A DNA stretch of 64,000 bases from Nitrospirota bacterium (GCA_963741205.1 CAVUHW010000008.1:96001-160000); one strand, 5' to 3'. Shown: positions 21,611 through 33,236, counted from the stretch's first letter. Notes: generated by a model from the letters alone, not told the origin. Translations and numbers: made by a program.

Positions 21611-22533
21611 ATGAATTGCCCTCATTGCACGACATCAAACGACACCGATGCGCTCTTCTGCGCCGAGTGCGGGAAGCGGCTCACCGACGGACCCGGGACG
21701 CCGGTCCGCGGTCAGCGCAGGCAGTATTTCCTCGCCCTCCTGTTCGTTCCGGTCATAATTCTCGCGGCCGCCATCGGCTACTACAAATTTATTCTGCCCG
21801 ACGGCATAGCAGCCGTCGTAAACGGCGAGAAGATTGCTCTGTCCGAGCTCGACGCAGCCGTTGCGCGCATGAAGGGCGCGGGCGGAGAGGCGCCCGCCGG
21901 GATGCGGTTTCAGGCGCTGAATGAATTGATCTCCGAGCGTCTTGCGCTCCAGGAGGCGGGCAGGGCGGGCATCGCGGTCTCGAAGGAAGAGACGGCCACG
22001 GCCGTTCGTAACGCGCAGGCGGCATCCGGCCTCGATGACGCGGCGTTTACCACGGAAATGAAGGCCCTTTACGGAAGCGCGCGGAATTTTGAAAAGGCCA
22101 TGGAGCGCAGCCTCATCATCAACAGGTTTCTCACGGAAAGGGTCATTCCGAGAGGCGCAGACCCAGGGACCGCGGCTCAGGCGGTAAATCGCTGGCTGCA
22201 GGACCTGTCGGGCAAGGCCTCGGTGCGGATAGCCCTGGCGGAAAACCTGTCGGGCCCGGGCTGCGGCTGCGGCGGGAAAAAAGGGGTCCGTCTGCCGAGG
22301 GCCGCGAAAGGCCTTATCGGGAATGCCAAGCGGGGAAAGGCCGGCCTGCGGCATCCGAAGGAACAAAGGCAGCGGAGGATGCAGGCCTTCGGTACTGGCA
22401 TGCGCAACACGGACAAGACACAGTCTCCGCGCGATTGCGGGATTTCGGGTGCCATGTCCAGGTTGATATTGTTCAGAACGAAAAGATCGTCGGCTCCCTC
22501 CGATACCAGGACGGCAACATTACAGAAATGTGA
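21611..22533 (+). CDS. Zinc-ribbon + TM + SurA-N-like domain + Cys/His C-terminal domain protein; frameshift at A/G run ~22280
   Basis: CPHC..FCAECG; TM helix; AVVNGEKI..LNELISERL (SurA_N-like); CGCG; shifted frame gives ..LRDFGCHVQVDIV..GNITEM*. Confidence 0.7.
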
Positions 22534-22652
22534 TGAGCAAGGGAAAACAATTTCATTCAACGAAGAGTACGCGGAAATAAAAGAGAAGGAAAATATATAA
22601 GGAAAAATTGATAGCATGACAGTTTGAGATAAAGTAAAGAAGGAGATCGGAA

Positions 22653-23294
22653 ATGAGCACATGCGGCAAATGCGGAGCGGAAGCGAAGACAAGCGCGAAA
22701 TTCTGTCAAGCCTGCGGAGCGGGCATTTCCCCGGACAACGGAGCGCTGAAGGATAAAAAAGCGCGCGTGATGGAGCGGGAGCGGCCATGGAAAAAACCGC
22801 TGGCCGTCGTTGGGGCGATCGTTCTGGTGGTCGCCCTGGGATGGGCGGCAAAGGGCGCCTATATGACAAAAAAGATGGGCCAGCACCCGATGTTCCCCCC
22901 GCATCGTGAGGCGTCAACGAGGCTGGCGGATGCACCGGCTGTGAAGGACCAGGGCGGGAACGTCAGCGTCCCGCTCGCAACCCTCGAGGATGGCAAAGCC
23001 CATTTCTTCGCCTTTGCAGCGAGCGGGAAGACGATCACCTTTTTCATGATGAAGGCAAGTGACGGCAGCATCCGTACGGCCTTTGACGCCTGCATTGCCT
23101 GCAATCACGCGAAGCTGGGTTACCGGCCGGAGGGGGACCTCGTAGTCTGTAACAACTGCGGCATGGGTTTCAAACCGACGGAAATCGGCATGGAGACCGG
23201 CGGATGCAACCCCATCCCGGTCGACAAATCCATCGACGGACAGATGGTCGTGCTGAAGGCAAGGGATCTTGAGGCAGGGGCAAAGTACTTCTAG
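22653..23294 (+). CDS. Zinc-ribbon + DUF2318 (predicted Fe-S/metal-binding) membrane protein
   Basis: CGKC..FCQACG; TM; AFDACIAC, VCNNCG, GGCNPIP. Confidence 0.88.
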   Translation: MSTCGKCGAEAKTSAKFCQACGAGISPDNGALKDKKARVMERERPWKKPLAVVGAIVLVVALGWAAKGAYMTKKMGQHPMFPPHREASTRLADAPAVKDQGGNVSVPLATLEDGKAHFFAFAASGKTITFFMMKASDGSIRTAFDACIACNHAKLGYRPEGDLVVCNNCGMGFKPTEIGMETGGCNPIPVDKSIDGQMVVLKARDLEAGAKYF

Positions 23295-23344
23295 CGTGGT
23301 GCATTTACGCTTCTTTAACTTATAATCAAATAATTTTCTTATGT

Positions 23345-23410
23345 CGTCATTCCCGCGAAAGCGGAAATCCATCTGATTAAATTGGATTCCGAGTCAAGCT
23401 CGGAATGACA
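23345..23410. repeat. REP-like GTCATTCCCGCG..GGAATGAC element
   Basis: CGTCATTCCCGCGAAAGCGGAAATCCA...TGGATTCCGAGTCAAGCTCGGAATGAC. Confidence 0.75.
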
Positions 23411-23428
23411 ATAGAAGGAAAGGGATTT

Positions 23429-24591
23429 ATGAAGCTTCTCGATATCTCATTGAACAACCTGTTCCGGAAAAAAGGGCGCACCTTCTTTCTCGTGTCGGGC
23501 CTTGCAATCGGCATCGGCGCGGCAGTGGCCATGACCTCCGTCGGCGACGCCATGAACAGAGAGGTCATGCACGCGCTCGACGAATTCGGGGCGAACATCC
23601 TGGTACTCCCGGCTTCGGAAGGCCTGCCGCTCTCCTACGGAGGCCTCACGGTCTCGGCGGTGAGCGCCGGCGGGCGGGAACTGACCACGCTGACGTCGAA
23701 AAGATACGCGCCATCAAAAACAATCAGAACATCAGCACGATCGCGCCGAAACTGCTCGTGCAGACCGAGGTGAAGGGCACGAAGGTGCTTGTGGCGGGCG
23801 TGAATTTCAAGGCGGAGCAACGTCTCAAGAAATGGTGGCGCGTGGCAAAGGGAACAAGCCCGCAGGAAGGCGGCGAGGCGCTGATTGGAAAAGACGCAGC
23901 CTTCCGGCTTCGGCTCACGCCCGGAGACTCGATCTCCCTCGGCAGCGGCTTGCTCCGGGTGTCGGGCGTGCTCGACAATACAGGGTCGCAGGACGACGGA
24001 CTCATCTTCGCCGATATCGGCTGGGTCCAGCGGCAGTTCAGCAAGGGCAATGCCGTGAGCCTCATCGAACTGTCGGCCCTCTGCAGCGGGTGTCCCATCG
24101 AGGACATGGTGGCGCAGGTGAACAGCATACTGCCCGGCGCCCGCGCCGTGGCGGTGAAGGAAACCGTGGAGCTCAAGATGCAGGCCATGCACTATTTTCA
24201 CAAATTTTCGCTCGGCATCTCGGCCCTGCTTTTGATCGTTGCCGGGATGATCATCTTCTTCGCCATGACCGCATCGGTCAAGGAGCGGGTGCAGGAGATC
24301 GGACTGTTCCGGGCGATCGGGTTCCGGACCGGCCACATCATCCGGGTGCTTCTGACCGAGGCCTTCATCGTGAGCCTCATGGCCGGTGTCGCGGGATATG
24401 CCGTCGGCGTCATCAGCCCCCGTTTTGTCGCGCCCTATCTGATGAGCGCTTACAATCTGACCTTCGAGTTCGATCCCCTGCTGGCGTTCGGGGCCCTCGT
24501 TGCGTCCGTGGCCGTCGGCCTTTTGGCGAGCATCTACCCGGCGGTCCGAGCCGGCCGGCTCGATCCGGTTGAGGCATTGAAGACCTTATAG
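23429..24591 (+). CDS. MacB/FtsX-type ABC transporter permease with periplasmic CxxC; frameshift near 23690
   Basis: NL.RKK.RT, GAN.LV, ALCSGCP, ERVQEIGLFRAIG, LDPVEAL. Confidence 0.88.
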
Positions 24592-24668
24592 ATTGGAAAT
24601 TGAAGATGGGAATCCCCGATCAGAGTCGAGGACAAGAGTGGAACAATAAAAATGAATTCGGTGAGCGC

Positions 24669-25336
24669 ATGTCATTTATAGAACTGAACAATGTTACAAA
24701 GACATTCCATGCCGGGGATGAAGAGTACGCCGCGCTCAAGGGCGTTTCGCTCGGCATCGAATCGGGCGAGTTCGTCGCCGTGATGGGGCCGTCGGGATCC
24801 GGCAAGAGCACGCTGCTCGCGCTCGTCGGGGGCTTAAGCAGGACGTCCTCGGGAGCGGTGAAGATCGACGATATCGACCTCGGCGGTCTCGGTCCGGACC
24901 GGCTGTCCGACTTCAGGCGCGAGTACCTCGGTTTCGTCTTCCAGTCCTTTTATCTCGTGCCCTATCTCACGGCAGTCGAGAACGTGATGCTGCCGCTCAC
25001 GATCCAGCCCGGCTTAAATGGGACGGCGAAGGGCATGGCGAGGGAGGCGTTGTCGAGGGTGGGCCTGGAGGCCAAGGCGGGACGGCTGCCGTCGCAGCTC
25101 TCAGGCGGAGAGCAGGAGCGGGTCGCTATCGCGCGGGCGATCGTGAACAGGCCCGCCGTCATCCTCGCGGACGAGCCGACCGGCAATCTGGACTCGCACA
25201 CCGGCAACAAGGTGCTCGACATGCTGGAGGGGCTGCACGGCGAGGGCCGCACGATCGTGATGGTCACGCACAGCGAGGAAAACGCGAAGCGGGCGGGGAG
25301 AGTTATCCGAGATACAGGGACGGCGAGGTTGAGTAG
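24669..25336 (+). CDS. LolD/MacB-type ABC transporter ATP-binding protein; frameshift near 3' end
   Basis: GPSGSGKST, LSGGEQERVAIARA, ILADEPTGNLD, VTH. Confidence 0.92.
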
Positions 25337-25423
25337 TTCGTTCTGGAGGCACGTCGCGGGAATGACACCCTATCATTATGTTGCTACTATTTTGAGACTG
25401 TTAATGATCCGCGGTAACAATAA

Positions 25424-26080
25424 TCAAAACTCGAATAAAAACCCGGCCAGATAGGCCGTGCCGCCGAGGTCCGCGGAGATATCGCTGATTTTAGCGCTGA
25501 TGTATTCGGCCTCAATGAATAAATAGGTGTGGATAATGCCGTAACCCATGTACATGTTGTTCGCCGCGTTCCGGTCCAGGCCGTCCAGCAGGAATTGCAG
25601 CCCGCCTCGCGCATGAAATCCGTTCACGGACCCCTTGACGCTTCCTTGTCCCTCTACCGTTTGCCGGTAGAATACTGACGTGATCCCTCCGCCCAGGTAC
25701 GGGACAACCACTTGATTTTCTTTTACGATGCCTCGGAAAAGAAGGAAAACATTGATCGGAAAAATTTCATAACGTACGCTTCCCGCAAACACCGGCTGCC
25801 CCGCCTGCTCGGAATGGAGCTTCGCAATGGCGCTGCCGGTTGCCTTGGATACGCCGCCTTCGACGCCGATCTCGATGCGCCTGCGGAGCTTGTATGCGAG
25901 CGATATCGCAAACTCGGGCATATCTTTCCTGCCGTAAAACTCCTGCCAGTTGGACTGGGAAGGCGCAAACCTGCCGCCCTTCAATTCGAACGACCAGTGG
26001 GGAAGGTCAAAGGGCGATTCCTCGGCAAAGGCAGCAGCCGGAGCCATGAAGAGTATCAGGAGCAGTAGGATTTTTCTCAA
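25424..26080 (-). CDS. Outer-membrane beta-barrel protein (resembles MXAN_2562 family)
   Basis: Signal peptide, alternating beta pattern, VVPYLGGG, LQFLLD.LD..AA, terminal FEF; TTG start overlaps upstream TGA. Confidence 0.72.
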   Translation of the reverse strand: MRKILLLLILFMAPAAAFAEESPFDLPHWSFELKGGRFAPSQSNWQEFYGRKDMPEFAISLAYKLRRRIEIGVEGGVSKATGSAIAKLHSEQAGQPVFAGSVRYEIFPINVFLLFRGIVKENQVVVPYLGGGITSVFYRQTVEGQGSVKGSVNGFHARGGLQFLLDGLDRNAANNMYMGYGIIHTYLFIEAEYISAKISDISADLGGTAYLAGFLFEF

Positions 26081-27931
26081 CGGGGGCCTCCGGTGCGTAA
26101 CGACCGTCTCCGGTAGTACGCATACGGGATGATGCCGGCAACGGTCATCAGCAATCCGATGAGGACCGCGAACGGCGCCTCCGTCATGAAGAGCGAGACG
26201 CCCACAGCGGGAAGAAGAGCCGCTCTGACAAAAGGCTTGCAGCCCGGATGGGCGTTCAGCCATTCCGCGGCGACGGGACCGTTGGTGTAATACCAGGCGA
26301 CGAAGGCCCTGCCCGGCGTGTTGGTGAGCAGATACTGATCGCGGAAATTGCGGAGCGCCTGCACCTGGGGCGCCGAATAATGGCCGTAGGCCGCGGTTGC
26401 AATGAAGCATCCCACTCGTCTGTTCACGAGGTTCGGGTTCGTGATGAACTCATCGGGGAACTCGTGCTGGACTTCCGAAATGGCGCCCTCCGCAGCGGCG
26501 CCGGACCCGGCTTTTATTTCCTGGGAGTAGGCGCTTTCGTCCGCCTGACCGGGGACCAATTGGACCGTCGAGACCTCGCCTCTCGTATCGTAAGCGGTGA
26601 CGGCGACAAACAAGCCCGCCTGGGCGACCGCCGACACTGCCACGTAATAGGTCTGTCCGTTCGTCAACCCCGGCAAGGTGTAGGATGTCGCGTTATCGAC
26701 GACGACAAAAGTATCGGGGAGAAGCGTGGAAGCGTCGAAAGGGGTTGTGCCGTAGTAAATCTTATACTCCGTTACGCCGGCGTCGGACCAGCTGACGCCG
26801 AGGCTGCCGTTTTGTATCTGCAGCGGATTGAGTACGGGGGCGGCGGGAGGAGCGACATTCGCGCTGAGACCGCTCAATGTCTGGCTTGTCTCCGCCTGGC
26901 CGGCCACATTGATGGGAGAAGGACCCTCCGACGCGTCGTCGTCTGCCCGTGTAATTACCGCTGGACTTTCCATACCAAACGCGGTAGCCGGCGACCTGGT
27001 AATCGGCACTCGCGTTCCAACTGATCGTTATCGTGGACGTGTCAGTCTGCACGGCATTGACATTCGATACGGGAAAGGGGATCGCATCTTCATCCGGACC
27101 TCCATAGGCCCCGATGTCGCTCCGCGTGGCATCAACCTTATCAGTGATCGTGCTGGCTCCGTTGTCGATACAGGGTGAGCCTGCCTTCAGATGAAAATCC
27201 CGGTTGGCGGAATCGACAAAGAGCGGGTCAAGCAAAGTGACGAGTGTATTGGGGATAAAGTCCGTCCCTTTCGGGCCGTCGTTTACGTTTGAAAAAAAGG
27301 CGTTGCTGGTAATATTGTTTGCCGTAGTACTCACGGTCTGGTTTATGGGGAGCGAGTTGGTCGAAAATAGATTATTTGTGATACGTATAACACCCGCATC
27401 GCCCGATATGGCAAAGTTGTTCTGGAAAAAGGTGTTATTGATGATGGCTGTCGAAGGAGAGTTCTGTATCTGAATTGCCGTGCCGCCTGTTCCGACATTA
27501 AATACATTGTTCGTAATGTTCACCGCGGAGTTGTTCGAGACGCTCATCCCGATGGAGGCGTTGACGATGGTGAAATGCTGAAAATTGATGGTACTGGCCA
27601 CGTTGTCCGCCGTTACCACGGGTCCGCCCCCGCCGCCGGACAGGATGGTCCGGGCTGTCTCCCTGCCGCGCACGGAGATCTTCGGGAGTAATTTGATTTG
27701 CTCGCCATAGGTACCCGGTTCCACGAGGACGTTGTAGGCGACTGTTGTGTCGGTATTCGTGGTAATAATAATATTGGCCTGGTCTATGGCAGCCTGGATG
27801 GAAGAGAAGTGCGAGGGATCAGTCGGCTTTAGCTCGACGATAAGATCAACGGCGCCGGCTGTTGGCGGCATGACGACCACGAAGAGAACGACTGCCGCGG
27901 CCAGAAAAAGAACAGCTTTTCTTGAGTCCAT
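26077..27931 (-). CDS. Secreted right-handed beta-helix + FN3 protein with C-terminal CFI-box-CTERM domain; frameshift near 26945
   Basis: Signal peptide; SIQAAID, PGTY.E, Asn ladders, DFHL..GSPCID, DIGAYGG; FN3 motifs; GCFIATAAYG..LR.FRD.YL..GRAFV..YY..GP + TM + RRR. Confidence 0.8.
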
Positions 27932-28104
27932 AAATTACCCGCCTCCTGCTGAATTAGTAAAAAATACATGAATGCGGCATGAAAGTCAATCGAAAGGATG
28001 GGGCGGCCGTGTTGTATCGGCACTGTTAAAGAGGAACGAAGTGGAAGACGGCTACCTCCTCTTTTTCTCTGGATGTTTCCCCTCCAATCTGATATCTTAT
28101 CCGC

Positions 28105-29392
28105 ATGAAAAATCAAGCTGTCGCCTCCCGCAGTCCCTGGTCCTTCCTGCCCACGCTCTATTTCGCCGAAGGCCTGCCCTATGTGCTCATCAATACGGTC
28201 TCGGTCATCCTGTACAAGCGCATGGGGATCGACAACGCGCACATCGCCTTCTGGACGAGCTGGCTCTACCTTCCCTGGGTCATCAAGATGTTCTGGGGGC
28301 CGTTCGTTGACGTGTATTCGACCAAGCGGAAGATGGATCCTTGTCGACCCAGGCCGCGATGAGCCTGTGCATGTTCGTGGTCGCCTTCTCGCTCAGGACG
28401 GAATCGTTCTTCTTCCTGTCCCTTGCGGCATTCTTCGCAGGCGCTTTCATTTCCGCGACCTATGACATCGCCACGGACGGGTTCTACATGCTTGCGCTCT
28501 CGGAAAAGGACCAGGCGCTGTTCGTGGGACTTGCGGGCGGGTTTTTACCGGCTGGCGATGATCTTCGGCTCGGGATTTCTGGTGTATATCGCGGGCATGC
28601 TCGAAACATCGAGCAGGCGACATTGCCTGGAGCTGGTCAGCGGTCATGGTCGCCTCCGGGCTGATCTTCGCGAGGGCCGGCATGTATCACAAATTCATGC
28701 TGCCGTTCCCCGCGGCGGACGGCGGCGAATTCGGCGAAAGAGAAGAGACAGAGGGAGGCGTCATTCGGAGAGGTGATTCAGGTCCTACTTCCGGCAGGAA
28801 AAAATCGGGGTGACGCTCGCGTTCATCCTGTGCTACCGCCTGGGCGAGGCCATGCTTCTGAAACTGGTCTCGCCTTTTCTCCTGGATGCAAAAGCGCGGC
28901 GGGCTGGGGCTTACGACCAAAGAGGTGGGCCTTGTTTACGGGACCGTGGGTGTTATCTGTCTCGTCAGCGGCGGGATACTCGGGGGCTGGCTGATATCGC
29001 GGTTCGGTTTTAAACATTGCGTCTGGCCGATGGTGATTATCATGCATCTGCCGGACCTGTTTTTCGTGTACATGGCATATGCGCAGCCGGGCATCGGTCT
29101 CGTCTATCCGCTCGTGGCGCTGGAGCAGTTCGGCTACGGCCTGGGCTTCACCGTGTTCACCGTCTACCTCATGTATTCGGCGAACGGACGGTACAAGACG
29201 TCGCACTACGCCATCTCGACGGGCATCATGGCCCTCGGCATGATGCTGCCCGGGTTCGTGAGCGGCTGGGTCCAGCAGACCGTGGGGTACCGGACGTTTT
29301 TCATCATCGTCTGCTTCATGACGATCCCCGGCATGCTGACGATACCGTTTCTTCCGATAGGGTCTCGGGACGACGCGAAAATCGATGAGTAA
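28105..29392 (+). CDS. ampG: AmpG-like MFS transporter (several frameshifts)
   Basis: LYFAEGLP, LPWVIK..WGPFVD, SATYDIATDG, HYAISTG. Confidence 0.75.
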
Positions 29393-29429
29393 TACCCATC
29401 CCCGCGTCTCCCCATCTCCCCGCCGGCAT

Positions 29430-29675
29430 TTATTCTTTCCCAAATCCCGAAAGCACATAGCCGACGATGACGCCGAGGAGGGTCCCGATGGTCTCCCTGC
29501 CGAGCGTATTCATGATGCCGAGGACGAGCAGGAGCGGCAGGACAAAGGCGATCGTCAGGAACTGAATCAGCCTTGTGTTGATCCCCGCTTGCTGCTTGAT
29601 GATAAGAAAGAGCACCCCGCAGAGCCCTGCCGCCATGATGACGGCCCCGATCACGGCAATCCAGATCTGATACAT
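29430..29675 (-). CDS. Small three-TM hypothetical membrane protein
   Basis: Hydrophobic 81-aa ORF, SD GGAGG, TLLGVIVGYVL C-terminal helix. Confidence 0.6.
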   Translation of the reverse strand: MYQIWIAVIGAVIMAAGLCGVLFLIIKQQAGINTRLIQFLTIAFVLPLLLVLGIMNTLGRETIGTLLGVIVGYVLSGFGKE

Positions 29676-29941
29676 TGCGTTCCTCCAGACTTTACGAGAT
29701 TTTGCAGAACACTTTCCTGCCTTGCACAAGCCGCCATTATATGATACCGTGAAGGTCTTGTCAAAGGTTCTGTGACCGAGCGCAATACCGGCAGGACGGG
29801 CTGCGCTGGCAACTTTGTGGAAAAACGGGTACAATGATTAAGTGCGTACCGTCCGATTTCGTGCGTCCGTTATCAGGCATCAACGGAGTTGTACACCAAC
29901 ATGTTCCCGGAGTCATTCGCGCGATCGGGGGAGGGACTGGC

Positions 29942-30184
29942 ATGGGCGATAAACACGATCATTCACACCAACATCACGGGCACGGCCACCACGACAGCGG
30001 GCATGAGGGGCATGAGCACCACGGACTTGTGGAGGTGACACTTCTGCTTGAGGACGAGCATCTCGACGCCCTGGACGAGGTCGCCGCGGAGCTCACCGGG
30101 GACCTCAGGCAAAAATGGGACCGAGGCGCCGTTGTTCGGCTCGCGCTCTCCGAGTTTTTTTCGCGGAGAGGAAAGATCACGTAA
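29942..30184 (+). CDS. His-rich N-terminus + ribbon-helix-helix-like protein
   Basis: 12 His in the first 27 aa; VEVTLLLEDE..LDEVA..DRGAVVRLAL RHH pattern; SD GGAGG. Confidence 0.65.
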   Translation: MGDKHDHSHQHHGHGHHDSGHEGHEHHGLVEVTLLLEDEHLDALDEVAAELTGDLRQKWDRGAVVRLALSEFFSRRGKIT

Positions 30185-30188
30185 AGAG

Positions 30189-30283
30189 GACAGACGGGTA
30201 GATAGGCGAGACACGGAGACGATGGGGAGATTTCAATAGCGGTTTTTTCGTCCTCCGTCCCTGCGTCGCCCCGTCACCGTGTC
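30189..30283. repeat. Octamer-periodic inverted repeat
   Basis: GGCGAGAC ACGGAGAC GATGGGGA ... CTCCGTCC CTGCGTCG CCCCGTCA CCGTGTC; half copy at 29395-29424. Confidence 0.65.
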
Positions 30284-30307
30284 GACGTTTTCTTATCGAG
30301 GTTAACT

Positions 30308-31227
30308 ATGGCCTACGCAGTGGGAACAAGCCATACCTTGTCGACATCCATGTGCACGGCGCGGATAAGTACGATACGCGAACGCGCCGGCAGGACGATA
30401 TCCTCCAGGTGGCCGGCATCCACGGCGGCGGGGGACCTCCGCGATTTTACCCACGGTGTATCCCGGCGACATCGAGCTCATGCGCGAGAACATGGCGGCC
30501 GTACGGCGGGCCATGTCCGCGCAGCGAGAGGGGGCCGCGATCCTCGGCGTGCACCTGGAAGGGCCCTTTCTGAACCCCGAGCGGGCGGGTTCGCTGGACG
30601 GAAAAAGCTTTTTCGATCCGTCGGTTGAGACCTTCACGCGGCTCGTCGAGGACTTCGAAGACATCATCAAGATCATCACCATTGCGCCCGAACTTCCGGG
30701 GGCGCTGCGGCTTGATCGAACTGAGCCGGGAAAGAGGGTTCCTGGTGCACATGGGCCACAGCGACGCGTCGTTTGAACAGGCCGAGGAGGGAAAGCGCGC
30801 CGGCGCCACGGGCATCACGCACCTGTTCAACGCCATGCGCGGCTTTCATCACCGCGAGCCCGGCCTTGCCGGGTTCGGTATCATGGACGAGGACATCTAC
30901 GTGGAGATCATCGCGGACCTGGCGCACCTGCACCCGCAGAGCCTTAAGATGATCTTCGACATGAAATCGCCGGACAAGATCATCCTGGTCTCGGACTCGG
31001 TCATGGGCCCGGGCTGGGGCGGCGGCCCCATGCGCGGAGCTGGCGGCGCCCTTCTGGGCAGCGGCATTGCCCTTGCCGATGCGATCAAGAACCTGGTCGC
31101 GCTCGGCGTCCCCCAGGAACGGGCAATGCGGTTCGCCTCGGACAACCCGATGAAGTACCTGGGATTGACAAAGGCTCGTCAAGCATCACATCCGATGTCA
31201 ACGATCGGACTGCATGGGCCACGGTAG
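30308..31227 (+). CDS. nagA: N-acetylglucosamine-6-phosphate deacetylase (compact, frameshifted)
   Basis: DIHVHG, HLEGPF, TIAPE, GHS, THLFNAM, IAD..H.HP, LVSDS across frames. Confidence 0.82.
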
Positions 31228-31300
31228 CCGCGGTGGCATCATTGATTGGTCTCCTTTCTTTCGTGCCCTTGTGGCGGTGTTAATACGCAGTCGACATATC

Positions 31301-31947
31301 ATGAACCCATCGGTCTCATTATCTTCGACCTCGACGGCACCCTCGTGAATACGCTGGAGGACATCGCCGCTTCAGTGAATTATACGCTTCCGCAGCTCGG
31401 CAGGCCGCCGATTCCGGTTGATTCCGTCCGCCAGTATGTGGGCGACGGGATCGAGATGCTCATGACGCGTGCGCTGGATGGCAGGGACGAGTTTCTGCCG
31501 AGGCCGTCGGCATCTAAAGGTCCATCACCGCAGGAACCTCGTCGTCCGTTCCCGGCTCTATCCGTCGGTACCGAGAGATGCTCGAACATTTTCGCGCCCT
31601 ACCCATGGCCGTGATCAGCAACAAGACTACGGAGTTCGTTCAACCGCTGCTGGACGGCCTCGAGATTGTCAGCTATTTCCGCATTCCTCGGCGCGGATTC
31701 CGGCCTGCCGCTCAAGCCAGCGCCGGACGCAGTGCAGAAGATCATGCGGAGCTCAAGGCGCCGAAGACCGTACGGTGATAGTCGGTGACGGGACCACGGA
31801 CATGCGGGCCGGCAAGGCCGCCGGCGTCATCACCTGTTCCGTGACATACGGCTTCCGGTCCGAGGAAGAACTGCGGAAGGCGGGGCCGGATCAGTCATTC
31901 ACGAGCTGTCGGAATTGAAAAAGCTCTTCATGCCCGAGATACGATAA
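31301..31947 (+). CDS. HAD-IA phosphatase (Gph/MupP-like), frameshifted
   Basis: IFDLDGTL, SNK, KPAP, VGD...D..AG.AAG, VTYG. Confidence 0.75.
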
Positions 31948-32011
31948 AACTGCTGGTTCCTTCCACGCCGCTGGAATTTGGCCTTTACTATTCCCGCCTG
32001 ATTGGTTAATA

Positions 32012-32105
32012 TACGAGTTACGCGTTTCGTGAGTTGCGAGTTAAGACTCAGTAAGCGGCAACCTGCAACTCGAAATCCGCAACACTCAACTCCGAAATCA
32101 GCAAT
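32012..32105. repeat. Heptamer-periodic inverted repeat upstream of ahbD
   Basis: ACGAGTT ACGCGTT ..GTGAGTT GCGAGTT ... CAACCTG CAACTCG AAATCCG CAAC. Confidence 0.65.
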
Positions 32106-32118
32106 TAAAGGAGTTTCC

Positions 32119-33236
32119 ATGTCCCATCCGCATGCAACGAAAGCGCCCCACGCACGGCCATCCCGGGGGCGAGGGCACAGAAAAAAAATATCTTCCCGCG
32201 GCTGATCGCCTGGGAGGTGACCCGAAGCTGCGTCCTGAACTGCGTCCACTGCCGCGCCGCGGCCAAGTACGGTCCGTACCCGGGCGAGCTCGACACGGAG
32301 GCGTGCTTCCGGTTCCTGGACGACGTCAAGTCCTTCAGCGACCCGATCATCATCCTGACCGGCGGCGAGCCCATGATGCGGCCCGACATCTACGATATCG
32401 CGAAACACGGCACCAAGCTCGGGCTCCGCATGGTCATGGCGCCCTGCGGCCTGCTGGTGACCGAGGAGCTCGCGCAGAAGATCAAGGATTCGGGCATCAT
32501 GCGCGTGTCGCTCTCGATCGACGGCCTGGACGCGAAGAGCCACAATGCCTTCCGCCGCGTGGAAGGGGCCTTCGAGGGCGTGATGAAGGCCATCGAGAAC
32601 TTCAAGAAGGTCGGCATGGAGTTCCAGGTGAACACGACCATCACGAAGCACAACGTGAAGGACCTGCCGAAGCTCCTGGAGATGGTCATCGGCCTCGGCG
32701 CCGTGGCCTACCATCCGTTCCTGCTCGTCCCCACGGGCCGCGGCAAGGAGCTCGTGGACCAGGAGATCCCGCCTGCGGAATACGAAAGCACGCTCAAATG
32801 GTTCTACGAGATGCGGGACAAGGTGCCGATCCAGTTCAAGCCCACCTGCGCCCCGCATTACTACCGCATCTTCCGGCAGGGAGAGAAGGAGAAAGGCGAG
32901 GCAGTCACACCCGAGTCCCATGGCTTCGACGCCATGACCAAGGGCTGCATGGGCGGCCAGAGCTTCGCCTTCGTGTCCCATGTGGGCAAGGTCCAGATCT
33001 GCGGGTTCCTCGAAGAAGAGGCGGGCGACATCAAGAAAGAGCCTTTCTCGAAGATATGGAACACCTCGAAGCTTTTCATGGAGATGCGCGACCTCGACCA
33101 CTACCACGGCAAGTGCGGCATCTGCGAGTACCGCAGGGTCTGCGGCGGCTGCCGCGCCCGGGCCTTCGCCATCTCCGGCGACTACCTCGCGGCCGAGCCG
33201 TTCTGCACCTTCGAGCCGGCCATGGCGAAGAAGTAA
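32119..33236 (+). CDS. ahbD: Radical SAM/SPASM heme b synthase AhbD (frameshift in N-terminus)
   Basis: WEVTRSCVLNCVHCRA, TGGEP, FLLVPTGRG, KPTCAPHYYR, GCMGG, CGICEY..VCGGCRARA. Confidence 0.85.
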
